DNA from: Pseudolabrys sp.
GTDB taxonomy: Bacteria > Pseudomonadota > Alphaproteobacteria > Rhizobiales > Xanthobacteraceae
Length of the DNA: 49,580 nt
NCBI GenBank assembly: GCA_035310865.1
Contig: DATGDN010000037.1
Span: 1 to 49,580 of the forward strand
Reading direction: 5' to 3'
Part shown: positions 27,300 through 36,262 of the stretch, piece after piece
Layout of the letters: every line of letters begins with the position of its first letter
Numbering within the stretch: position 1 is the first letter of the stretch
The notes under the pieces: generated by a model
Told to the model about the DNA's origin: nothing
Database searches by the model: none
What the model saw: only the letters and a program-made list of their open reading frames with translations
Translations under genes and position numbers: made by a program

Positions 27300-28412
27300 A
27301 TGGCCCAGCGCACCATGCCGCCCTTTCGTGCCGACCATGTCGGTAGCCTCCTCCGCACTGGACCGCTGAAAGAGGCGCGGATCAAACGCGCCAAGGGCGA
27401 GATCGACGCTGCCGCACTGAAAGCTATTGAAGACCGCGAGATCGAGAAAATCATTAAGAAGCAGGAAGAGGTCGGGCTGAAGCTTGCGACCGATGGCGAA
27501 TTTCGCCGTGCATGGTGGCATTTCGATTTCTTTCGTGGGCTCAAGGGCGTCGAGCCGATCACAACATCCACCGGCATCCAGTTTCACGGTGTCGAGACCA
27601 AGCATGAGGGGATCAGGATCTCCGGCAAGGTCGATTTTGTCGGCCATCCGCAAATCGAGCACTTCAGGTTCCTGAAGGCGCATTGCCGCGTGACCCCGAA
27701 AATGACGATCCCGGCGCCGTCAACGTTCCATTTCCGGCAAGGGCGGGCGCTGGTCAGCAAGGAAGTCTACCCGGACATTGATCAGTTCTTCGCAGATGTC
27801 GCCGCGGCATGGCGCAAGGCGATCCGCGCCTTCTATGACGCGGGCTGCCGCTATCTACAGCTCGACGACACGGCTTGGGCGATGATGTGCGACCCGAAGG
27901 AGCGGGAGCAGTCGAAGGCGCGCGGCGATGATCCGAACAAACTGCCGGCCATCTACGCGCGCGTGACCAACGCTGCGCTGGAAGGCAAACCGGCCGACAT
28001 GGCGATTACCATGCATTCGTGCCGCGGCAATTTCCGTTCCACTTGGATCGCGCAGGGTGGCTACGAATTCGTCGCCGAACATCTGCTCGGCAAGACCAAT
28101 CTCGACGGCTATTTCCTCGAATACGACAGCGACCGCGCCGGCGACTTTGAGCCCCTGCGACATTTCCCCATGGGAAAAAAGCAGCTCGTCCTCGGTCTCG
28201 TGACGTCGAAGAGTGGGCGGCTGGAGCCCAAGGACGACATCAAGCGGCGCATCGATGAAGCGACCAAATATGTCGCACTCGACCAGCTGTGCCTGTCGCC
28301 GCAATGCGGCTTCGCCTCGACCGAGGAAGGCAATGTACTCGCCGAAGACGAGCAGTGGGCAAAGCTACGAATGATCGTCGAGTTGGCGGATGAGGTCTGG
28401 GGCCGGATTTGA
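27300..28412 (+). CDS. Core MetE-like protein, paralog 2
   Basis: PPFRADHVGS, TDGEFRR, HSCRGN, LEYD, PQCGF. Confidence 0.88.
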   Translation: MAQRTMPPFRADHVGSLLRTGPLKEARIKRAKGEIDAAALKAIEDREIEKIIKKQEEVGLKLATDGEFRRAWWHFDFFRGLKGVEPITTSTGIQFHGVETKHEGIRISGKVDFVGHPQIEHFRFLKAHCRVTPKMTIPAPSTFHFRQGRALVSKEVYPDIDQFFADVAAAWRKAIRAFYDAGCRYLQLDDTAWAMMCDPKEREQSKARGDDPNKLPAIYARVTNAALEGKPADMAITMHSCRGNFRSTWIAQGGYEFVAEHLLGKTNLDGYFLEYDSDRAGDFEPLRHFPMGKKQLVLGLVTSKSGRLEPKDDIKRRIDEATKYVALDQLCLSPQCGFASTEEGNVLAEDEQWAKLRMIVELADEVWGRI

Positions 28413-28511
28413 TATTTCGCAATTCGGCTCGACCCGCGCGGACTAGCTTACCCAATCGCGGATTCCGTCAATACGAATGCTCCGCACACCCGAACCGAAA
28501 GGGGGATAGAG

Positions 28512-29783
28512 ATGTCCGCACGATCTCAATGGCTTAGAATGAGTCGCTTGACGCTGTCGGCTGTGGCCGCCGCGCTTCTCTCCATGGCAACGCCATCAAT
28601 TGCGGCCGATCCGATCAAAATCGGGTTCGGCATGGCGCTCACAGGTCCGCTCGCCGCCAATGGCAAAATGTCGCTGGTCGCGATGCAGATCTGGGAAGAC
28701 GACATCAATGCCAAAGGCGGGCTGCTCGGCCGTCCGGTCAAGCTTGTGTACTACGACGACCAAAGCAACCCGTCGCAGGTTCCGAGCATTTACGCCAAAC
28801 TGCTGGACCTGGACAAAGTGGATCTCATCGTCAGCGGCTATGCCTCCACCCAAATCGCGGCGGCGTTACCCATCGCGATTCAAAGAAAGAAGCTGTTCGT
28901 CAGCCTCTTCGGCACAGGCGTCAACGAGAAGTTCGATTATCCAAAATATTTCTCCATGATTCCGAACGGCCCCACGCCGAAGCCAGCCTTCACGCGTGGA
29001 TTCTTCAAGGTCGCTGAAGTGCAGACGCCGAAGCCACAGACGATTGCCATAGCGATGGCGGACGCCGAATTCGGTCGTAATGCGTGCGAAGGCGCCGAGG
29101 AAAACGCCAAAGCTTCAGGGTTCAAGATCGTCTACAACAAGGCCTATCCGCCAAGTACAACCGACTTTTCCCCGATCGTACGGGCGATCCAGTCGTTGAA
29201 TCCGGACCTGCTGGTGATCTGCTCTTATCCATTGGATACCGTTGGCATGGTCAAGTCTATGAATGAAGTCGGCTTCAAGCCGAAGATGTGGGGCGGTGCG
29301 ATGGTCGGGCTGCAGGCAACGGTCTTCAAGACGCAGCTGGGTCCGATGCTCAATGGTGTCGTCAATTTCGAAACTTGGTTACCCACCAAGTCGATGGACT
29401 TCCCTGGCTCGATGGAGTTGTTGAAGAAATACCAGGAAAGAGCCAAAGCCGCCGGGACCGATCCACTCGGATATTACATGCCGGTGTGGGCCTATGCGTA
29501 TCTGCAGGTGCTTGGTGACTCGATTGCCGCCACAAAGAGCGTCAACGACGACGTTCTTGCAGATTACATGCGGAAGACCACGTTCAAAACAGTGGTCGGC
29601 GACGTGAAATTCGGAAAGCAAGGCGAGTGGGCGGAAGAGAGAACGCTGGCGGCCCAATTCCAGAATATTAAGGGCAACAGCATCGATGAATTCCGCGATC
29701 TGAAAACCGAGGTGATTGTGTATCCGCCCAAGTACAAGAGTGGCGAGGTCATCTATCCTTACGAAAAGGCCATCGTGAAATAG
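28512..29783 (+). CDS. ABC transporter substrate-binding protein (LivJ/HAAT-type), orphan in this window
   Basis: Signal peptide then ADPIKIGFGMALTG; INAKGGLLGRPVKLVYYDDQS. Confidence 0.88.
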   Translation: MSARSQWLRMSRLTLSAVAAALLSMATPSIAADPIKIGFGMALTGPLAANGKMSLVAMQIWEDDINAKGGLLGRPVKLVYYDDQSNPSQVPSIYAKLLDLDKVDLIVSGYASTQIAAALPIAIQRKKLFVSLFGTGVNEKFDYPKYFSMIPNGPTPKPAFTRGFFKVAEVQTPKPQTIAIAMADAEFGRNACEGAEENAKASGFKIVYNKAYPPSTTDFSPIVRAIQSLNPDLLVICSYPLDTVGMVKSMNEVGFKPKMWGGAMVGLQATVFKTQLGPMLNGVVNFETWLPTKSMDFPGSMELLKKYQERAKAAGTDPLGYYMPVWAYAYLQVLGDSIAATKSVNDDVLADYMRKTTFKTVVGDVKFGKQGEWAEERTLAAQFQNIKGNSIDEFRDLKTEVIVYPPKYKSGEVIYPYEKAIVK

Positions 29784-29813
29784 ACTTGGCGAATTCGTTT
29801 TTCGCTGCAAAAT

Positions 29814-29848
29814 GCGGCCGGCGCCTCCTAGGCGTCGGCCGCTTGTTT
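29814..29848 (+). terminator. Rho-independent terminator-like or mRNA-stabilising hairpin after the SBP gene
   Basis: GCGGCCGGCGCCT-CCT-AGGCGTCGGCCGC (13-bp stem, one G-U) followed by TTGTTT. Confidence 0.6.
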
Positions 29849-29862
29849 GGGTTCCCGTCTTA

Positions 29863-30966
29863 ATGAAAAGAAAAAGACCGCCATTTCGCGCTGACCACGT
29901 CGGCAGCCTGTTGCGCACGGCAGCCCTGAAGGAAGCTCGCGCGAAACGAGAAAAAGGCGAAATCTCCGCTGAGGCGCTGCAAGTGGTCGAGGACCGCGAG
30001 ATAGCAACCGTCATCAAGAAGCAGGAAGAGATCGGACTCAAGGCCGTCACCGACGGCGAATTTCGGCGCGCATTCTGGAACTATGATTTTATCGGCGCCC
30101 TTCCGAGCGTCGAAGCGTACCTCGGCGAGCGCAAGATCAAGTTTCAGGGCGTCAATCCGAAGCCGATGATGCTACGCATCATCGGCAAGCTCGGTACATT
30201 TTCTGGCCACCCGATGCTCGATCACTTCCGGTTTGTGAAGGAGCACACGCGCGCAGTGCCGAAGATGACGATTCCGTCGCCTTCGTCGCTGCATTTTCGC
30301 TATGGGCGCGACGCCGTCCCGGATTCGATTTATCCAGATATGAACAACTTCTACCGCGATCTCGGCCAGACTTATCGTAAAGCCGTACACGCCTTCGCCG
30401 ACGTAGGCTGCCGCTATCTGCAACTCGACGAAGTGAATTTCGCCTATCTCTGCGATCCAAAGCTGCGCGCGCAGGTGGCCAACCGCGGCGAAGACCCGGA
30501 GAAGCTGCCGTTGATTTATGCCGGCATGATCAATGCGGCAATCTCGGATATTCCGCCCGACATGACCATCGCGATGCATCTGTGCCGCGGCAATTTCCAG
30601 TCAACTTTCGTTGCTTCGGGTGGCTATGAGCCGGTTGCCGAGATCCTGTTCAATGCCATCAATGTGCACGGCTATTTCATGGAATATGACAGCGACCGCG
30701 CCGGCGGCTTCGAGCCGTTGCGGCTCGTGCCGAAAGGCAAAACCGTCGTGCTCGGGCTGGTTACCTCAAAATCGGGCCGGCTTGAATCGAAGGACGACAT
30801 CAAGCGCCGCATCGATCAGGCGGCGAAGTTCATGCCGCTGGAGCAACTTTGCCTGTCGCCGCAGTGCGGCTTCGCCTCGACCGAGGAAGGGAATATCCTG
30901 GCCGAAGAGGAGCAATGGGCGAAGCTGCGGATGATTGTGGAGCTTGCCGGCGAGGTCTGGGGTTAG
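29863..30966 (+). CDS. Core MetE-like protein, paralog 3
   Basis: PPFRADHVGS, TDGEFRR, HLCRGN, MEYD, PQCGF; start trimmed to MKRKRP. Confidence 0.88.
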   Translation: MKRKRPPFRADHVGSLLRTAALKEARAKREKGEISAEALQVVEDREIATVIKKQEEIGLKAVTDGEFRRAFWNYDFIGALPSVEAYLGERKIKFQGVNPKPMMLRIIGKLGTFSGHPMLDHFRFVKEHTRAVPKMTIPSPSSLHFRYGRDAVPDSIYPDMNNFYRDLGQTYRKAVHAFADVGCRYLQLDEVNFAYLCDPKLRAQVANRGEDPEKLPLIYAGMINAAISDIPPDMTIAMHLCRGNFQSTFVASGGYEPVAEILFNAINVHGYFMEYDSDRAGGFEPLRLVPKGKTVVLGLVTSKSGRLESKDDIKRRIDQAAKFMPLEQLCLSPQCGFASTEEGNILAEEEQWAKLRMIVELAGEVWG

Positions 30967-30968
30967 CC

Positions 30969-32075
30969 ATGAGCAAGAGAACAAAGCCGCCGTTTCGTGC
31001 CGACCATGTCGGCAGTCTGTTGCGGCCGGCCGCGCTGAAGAAGGCGCGTGACCAACGGACCAAGGGCGAAATCACGCAGGTGCAGCTCAACGACATCGAG
31101 GACCGCGAGATCGAGCGCGTCATCAAGAAACAGGAGGACGTCGGCCTGCAATCGATCACCGATGGCGAATTCCGGCGCTCCTGGTGGCATCTCGATTTTC
31201 TTTGGGGTCTCGACGGCATCGAAAAACATGTGATGGATACCGGCGTTGCTTTCGCTGCCGTGACGACACGCAACGAGGGACTCAAGGTCACCGGCAAGGT
31301 CGGCTTTTCCGGCCATCCGATGATCGATCATTTCAAGTTCGTTGCGGCTCATACGAAACGGACGCCGAAAATCACGATTCCAGCGCCGTCTGCCGCCTAT
31401 GGCCGGCCAATGCGCACGCCGATCGATACCAAGGTCTATCCAAAGCTTGACGTCTTCTTCGACGATCTTGGGCAGACCTATAAAAAAGCTGTGCGTGCAT
31501 TTGCCGATGCCGGTTGCCGGTATCTGCAGCTCGATGAAGTCTTCATCGCGATGTTGTGCGATCCAAAATATCGGCAGGCAATGAAAGACCGTGGCGATGA
31601 TCCGGAAAAACTCGGCGAGCTTTACGGCGACCTCATCAATATTGCCATGTCGGATATTCCGTCCGACATGGTCATTACGATGCACATGTGCCGCGGCAAC
31701 TACAAATCGACCTTCATGGGCGCCGGCGGTTACGAGGCCGAGCAGGAAATTTTGTTCAACCGCATCAAGGTCCATGGCTATTTCATGGAATACGATACCG
31801 AGCGCGCCGGCGGCTTCGAGCCGCTCAGGCTCGTGCCGAAAGACAGACACGTGGTTCTCGGACTTGTCACGACCAAAACCGGCCGCCTCGAGTCGAAGGA
31901 TGAGATCAGGCGCCGGATTGAAGATGCCTCCAGGTATATTTCGCTCGATCAGCTGTGTCTGTCGCCGCAATGCGGCTTCGCCTCGACGGAAGAAGGCAAT
32001 GTGCTGGCCGAGGGCGAGCAATGGGCGAAACTACGGATGATCGTTGAGCTCGCCGATGAAGTGTGGGGACGTTAA
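30969..32075 (+). CDS. Core MetE-like protein, paralog 4
   Basis: PPFRADHVGS, TDGEFRR, HMCRGN, MEYD, PQCGF; start trimmed to MSKRTK. Confidence 0.88.
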   Translation: MSKRTKPPFRADHVGSLLRPAALKKARDQRTKGEITQVQLNDIEDREIERVIKKQEDVGLQSITDGEFRRSWWHLDFLWGLDGIEKHVMDTGVAFAAVTTRNEGLKVTGKVGFSGHPMIDHFKFVAAHTKRTPKITIPAPSAAYGRPMRTPIDTKVYPKLDVFFDDLGQTYKKAVRAFADAGCRYLQLDEVFIAMLCDPKYRQAMKDRGDDPEKLGELYGDLINIAMSDIPSDMVITMHMCRGNYKSTFMGAGGYEAEQEILFNRIKVHGYFMEYDTERAGGFEPLRLVPKDRHVVLGLVTTKTGRLESKDEIRRRIEDASRYISLDQLCLSPQCGFASTEEGNVLAEGEQWAKLRMIVELADEVWGR

Positions 32076-32989
32076 TGGCGGACATCGTCGCCGGTAAAAC
32101 CGCTATCGTTACCGGGGCAGGGCGCGGGATCGGCCGCGGCATTGCCACGTTGCTCGCGAAGGAAGGTGCGCGCGTGGTGGTGTGTGACATCGGTGCGAGC
32201 CTGCAAGGCGAAGGCAGTGATACGGGCCCGGCGCACGATACGGTCAGCGCCATCAAAAAAGCCGGCGGCGAGGCCATTGCATCCGCGCTGTCGATCACGG
32301 AACCAAAAAACGCCGAGGCCATCGTCAAATCAGCGCTTGATGCCTTCGGCCGCGTCGACATCCTGGTCAACAATGCCGGTATCCTGCGCGACGTGATTTT
32401 TCACAAGATGAGCTGGTCAGACTGGTCCGATGTGATCGCCGTTCATCTCAACGGCTCGTTCAATATGAGCCGCGCCGTCGCGCCGCTTTTCCGCGAGCAG
32501 AATTCGGGTGCCTACGTGCACATGACGTCGACATCCGGGCTCGTCGGCAATTTCGGCCAGGCGAATTACATGGCGGCCAAGCTTGGCATCATGGGCCTTT
32601 CGCGGGGCATCGCGCTCGACATGGCGCGCTTCAACGTGCGCTCGAACTGCATCGCGCCGTTCGCGTTCACACGCATGATCGAGTCGATTCCCGCGCAGTC
32701 GGAGCAGGACAAGCGCCGCATTGAAGCCTTCCAGCGCATGACGCCTGAAAAGATCGCGCCGCTTGCCGTGTTTCTTTGCTCCGATGCAGCCGCCGGTATC
32801 ACCGGGCAGATTTTTTCGGTTCGCAACAACGAGATCTATCTGTTCAACCAGCCCCGTCCGATCAAGACTATTCATCAGGCCGAAGGCTGGACGCCGGAGC
32901 AGATCGCGGGCGAGCTTAAAACCGCCTTCGCATCCTCGCTCACGCCGCTGGAACGGTCGGAAGACGTGTTCAACTGGGATCCGATCTAG
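32075..32989 (+). CDS. SDR family oxidoreductase (hydroxyacyl-CoA dehydrogenase-like)
   Basis: TGAGRGIG, NNAGILRD, GQANYMAAK; TAATG overlap with paralog 4. Confidence 0.88.
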   Translation: MADIVAGKTAIVTGAGRGIGRGIATLLAKEGARVVVCDIGASLQGEGSDTGPAHDTVSAIKKAGGEAIASALSITEPKNAEAIVKSALDAFGRVDILVNNAGILRDVIFHKMSWSDWSDVIAVHLNGSFNMSRAVAPLFREQNSGAYVHMTSTSGLVGNFGQANYMAAKLGIMGLSRGIALDMARFNVRSNCIAPFAFTRMIESIPAQSEQDKRRIEAFQRMTPEKIAPLAVFLCSDAAAGITGQIFSVRNNEIYLFNQPRPIKTIHQAEGWTPEQIAGELKTAFASSLTPLERSEDVFNWDPI

Positions 32990-33029
32990 GCACACTTGTC
33001 AGGCGCTGCCGGCTGCATAGAGTGGGCCT

Positions 33030-34202
33030 ATGAAGAAGCGTGGCCCCGAGCAGGAGGAATTCGCCGACATCCGGACCGGCGTACGCGCGTTGTGTGCCAA
33101 ATTCCCGGGCGAATATTGGCGCGCGCTTGACCGGGAAAGAGCCTATCCGACCGAATTTGTCGCGGCTCTCACCAAAGCCGGCTATCTGGCGGCACTCATC
33201 CCCGAGCAATATGGCGGTAGCGGCCTCGATCTAGGCGCGGCTGCCGCCATTCTGGAGGAAGTGCACGCTTCCGGCGGCAACGGAGCAGCCTGCCATGCGC
33301 AGATGTACACAATGGGTACGATCCTGCGGCATGGCAGCGACGCACAGAAAGAGCGCTATCTGCCGTTGATCGCGAGCGGCGAATTGCGCCTGCAGGCCTT
33401 CGGTGTCACGGAGCCGACCTCGGGCACCGACACGCTGTCTTTGCGCACGACGGCAAGACGCGAAGGCAACGACCACTACATCATCAACGGCCAGAAGATC
33501 TGGACCTCGCGTGCCGAGCACTCCGATCTGATGCTCCTGCTCGCACGCACCGCGCCCAAAGAGCAGGTGAAGAAACGCACGGACGGCTTGTCGGTATTTC
33601 TGGTCGATATGCGGCTGGCGCAAGGCGCGAGCATCGCCATCAATCCGATCCGCACCATGATGAACCACGCCACCACGCAGATTTTCTTCGACGACCTGCG
33701 GGTGCCGGCGGAAAATCTGATTGGAGAGGAAGGGGAGGGATTCCGCTATATCCTGTCGGGCATGAATGCCGAGCGCATATTGATCGCGGCGGAATGCATC
33801 GGTGACGCCAAGTGGTTTATCGCCAAGGCAACTCAATACGCCAAGGATCGCGAGCTGTTCGGCCGTCCGATCGGCCAGAACCAGGGAGTTCAATTTCCCA
33901 TTGCGCGCGCGTACGCGCAGATGCGCGCCGCCGAGCTCATGGTGCATGAGGCCGCGCGCAAATACGAAGCGGGCGAAGACATCGGCGCAGAAGCCAATAT
34001 GGCGAAGCTGCTTGCCGCCGACGCGTCATGGGCCGCTGCCGACATGTGCGTGCAGACGCATGGCGGCTTCGGCTTCGCCGAGGAATACGACATCGAGCGC
34101 AAGTTCCGCGAAACGCGGCTTTATCAGGTGGCGCCGATCTCCACCAACATGATCCTCTCGTATCTGGCCGAGCATGTGCTTGGCTTGCCACGGTCGTATT
34201 GA
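33030..34202 (+). CDS. Acyl-CoA dehydrogenase
   Basis: IPEQYGGSG, VTEPTSGTD, NGQKIWTS, FGRPIGQNQ, QTHGGFG. Confidence 0.92.
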   Translation: MKKRGPEQEEFADIRTGVRALCAKFPGEYWRALDRERAYPTEFVAALTKAGYLAALIPEQYGGSGLDLGAAAAILEEVHASGGNGAACHAQMYTMGTILRHGSDAQKERYLPLIASGELRLQAFGVTEPTSGTDTLSLRTTARREGNDHYIINGQKIWTSRAEHSDLMLLLARTAPKEQVKKRTDGLSVFLVDMRLAQGASIAINPIRTMMNHATTQIFFDDLRVPAENLIGEEGEGFRYILSGMNAERILIAAECIGDAKWFIAKATQYAKDRELFGRPIGQNQGVQFPIARAYAQMRAAELMVHEAARKYEAGEDIGAEANMAKLLAADASWAAADMCVQTHGGFGFAEEYDIERKFRETRLYQVAPISTNMILSYLAEHVLGLPRSY

Positions 34203-34203
34203 G

Positions 34204-35334
34204 ATGGCGCTGCCGCTCGAAGGCCTTCTCGTCGTTTCGGTCGAGCAGGCGGTCGCAGCACCGCAATGCACGTGCCGGCTCGCCGATGCCGGTGCGCGCG
34301 TCATTAAAGTGGAACGCCCCGAGGGCGACTTCGCCCGCCACTACGACCATGTGGTCCATGGCGAAAGTGCCAACTTCGTCTGGCTCAATCGCGGCAAGCA
34401 ATCCGTTGTGCTCGACCTCGCCAAGGCCGACGACAAGACACTGCTCGAAGCGATGCTCGCCAAGGCCGACGTGTTCGTGCAGAACCTGAAGCCCGGCGCG
34501 CTCGCCAAGCTCGGCTTTCCGATCTCGCGCCTGCGTAAGCAATACCCGCGGCTGATCTGCTGCTCGATTTCCGGCTATGGAGAGAGTGGCCCTTATGCGC
34601 AACGCAAGGCCTACGATCTGCTGATCCAGGCCGAGTCGGGCGTGTCGTCGGTGACCGGCGGACCAGAAGGGCCGGCGCGCGTCGGAGTATCGATCGTCGA
34701 TGTTGCTGCGGGCCTGAACGCCTATGAGGCCATCCTTGAGGCCTTGATCGCCCGGGCGAAGACAAATGAGGGTACCGAAATTTCCGTCTCCATGTTCGAC
34801 GCCATGGCGGAATGGATGACGGTGCCGCTCCTGCACGGCGAAGGCGGCACGCCGTTCAAGCGCATCGGCCTCGCCCATGCTGCAATCGCACCCTATGGCG
34901 TGTTCAGGAGCTGCGATGGCGCCGACATTTTAATTGCCGTCCAGAATGATCGCGAATGGGGGGTGTTGGCGGAGAAGGTACTGGGCGAGACCGCGCTCGG
35001 CAGCGATACGAAGTTCGCGACCAATCCGAAGCGTGTCGAGAACCGCAGTGAAACCGATGCGAAGGTCGCCGCGAGCTTCGCCAGCCACGATGTCGCTGAA
35101 TTGATGAAGAAGCTCGAAGCCGCAGACATTGCCTTCGCGCGGGTCAACGATTGGGAACTGCTGTCGAAGCATGCGCACCTGCGGCGGATCACGGTCAGCG
35201 CTCCCAGCGGGCCGGTCAGCATGCCGGCGCCGGCGCCAGTGCGCGCAGGACAAGAGCGGACCTATGGTCCGATCCCGGCGCTCGGTGAGCACACGGAAAA
35301 AATCAGGGCGGAATTCGGCGGCAAGCTGTTCTAA
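34204..35334 (+). CDS. CaiB/BaiF family III CoA-transferase
   Basis: EQAVAAP, GARVIKVE, NRGKQS, SISGYG, catalytic Asp in SIVDVAAG, PALGEHT. Confidence 0.92.
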   Translation: MALPLEGLLVVSVEQAVAAPQCTCRLADAGARVIKVERPEGDFARHYDHVVHGESANFVWLNRGKQSVVLDLAKADDKTLLEAMLAKADVFVQNLKPGALAKLGFPISRLRKQYPRLICCSISGYGESGPYAQRKAYDLLIQAESGVSSVTGGPEGPARVGVSIVDVAAGLNAYEAILEALIARAKTNEGTEISVSMFDAMAEWMTVPLLHGEGGTPFKRIGLAHAAIAPYGVFRSCDGADILIAVQNDREWGVLAEKVLGETALGSDTKFATNPKRVENRSETDAKVAASFASHDVAELMKKLEAADIAFARVNDWELLSKHAHLRRITVSAPSGPVSMPAPAPVRAGQERTYGPIPALGEHTEKIRAEFGGKLF

Positions 35335-35365
35335 GCTGCGCGCCGCTTACGTTGGGGGAAACAGC

Positions 35366-36262
35366 ATGGACATCGGCTTTATCGGTTTGGGCAACATGGG
35401 ACAGCCGATGGCACGCCGGCTGATCGAGGCCGGGCACAAGCTTGTCGTCTACGATACACGTAACGATGCAGTGGCGCCGCTGGTAGCGCTCGGCGCGCAG
35501 CTTGCGTCGTCTCCCGCCGACGTTGCCGACCGCGTCGAGACGGTGATGGCGAGCCTGCCGTCGCTGCAGATCTCCGAAAAAGTCGCGACCGACGAGGGCG
35601 GTGTCATTCACGGCAAGCGCGTCAAGCGGTTCATTGACTTGTCTACCACGGGCTCACGGGTGGCGGCAAAAATCGCTGCGGCATTGGCGAAGAAGAACAT
35701 CGTGCAAATCGACAGCCCCGTGAGCGGCGGCGTCGGCGGCGCGAAGAAAGGCACACTGGCGGTCATGGTCTCGGGGCCGAAAACCGAAATCGATTTGGTG
35801 AAGGACGCGCTCGCCGTTTTCGGCAAAGTCTTCATTATCGGCGAAAAGCCCGGTATGGCGCAGACCATGAAGCTCGCCAATAACTTCCTCTCCGCGACTG
35901 CGATGGCGGCGACCTCCGAGGCGGTGGCGATGGGCGTCAAGGCCGGGCTCGATCCGGCGGTGATGATCGACGTCATCAATGCCGGCTCCGGCCGCACCAC
36001 GGCATCGGACCAAAAATTCCCGCAGGCGATTCTGCCGCGCACGTTCAATTACGGCTTCGCCACAGCGCTAATGCTCAAGGATGTGCGCCTCTGCTTCGAG
36101 GAGGCCAAGGATTTTGACGTTCCTAAGGCCGTGATGAGTGCCGTGCTCGATCAATGGGAAACGACCAATGCGGAATACGGCGGGGACAGCGATTTCACTG
36201 CCATCGTCAAAATGATCGAGAAGCGCGCCGGCGTCATCGTGGGGGCGGAGAAGAAATCATGA
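35366..36262 (+). CDS. NAD(P)-dependent beta-hydroxyacid dehydrogenase (3-hydroxyisobutyrate/tartronate semialdehyde family)
   Basis: GFIGLGNMG, DSPVSGG, KLANN, LMLKD. Confidence 0.9.
   Translation: MDIGFIGLGNMGQPMARRLIEAGHKLVVYDTRNDAVAPLVALGAQLASSPADVADRVETVMASLPSLQISEKVATDEGGVIHGKRVKRFIDLSTTGSRVAAKIAAALAKKNIVQIDSPVSGGVGGAKKGTLAVMVSGPKTEIDLVKDALAVFGKVFIIGEKPGMAQTMKLANNFLSATAMAATSEAVAMGVKAGLDPAVMIDVINAGSGRTTASDQKFPQAILPRTFNYGFATALMLKDVRLCFEEAKDFDVPKAVMSAVLDQWETTNAEYGGDSDFTAIVKMIEKRAGVIVGAEKKS

Noticed and set aside
27126-31999. Recurrent ~40-bp sequence as a CRISPR or mobile repeat
   Set aside because: It encodes the conserved LSPQCGFASTEEG motif within paralogous CDSs spaced more than 1 kb apart
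26136-32075. Calling the four paralogs metE, or an assembly duplication
   Set aside because: They are half the length of MetE and lack its N-terminal barrel; the copies differ widely in DNA and protein sequence, so they are real paralogs
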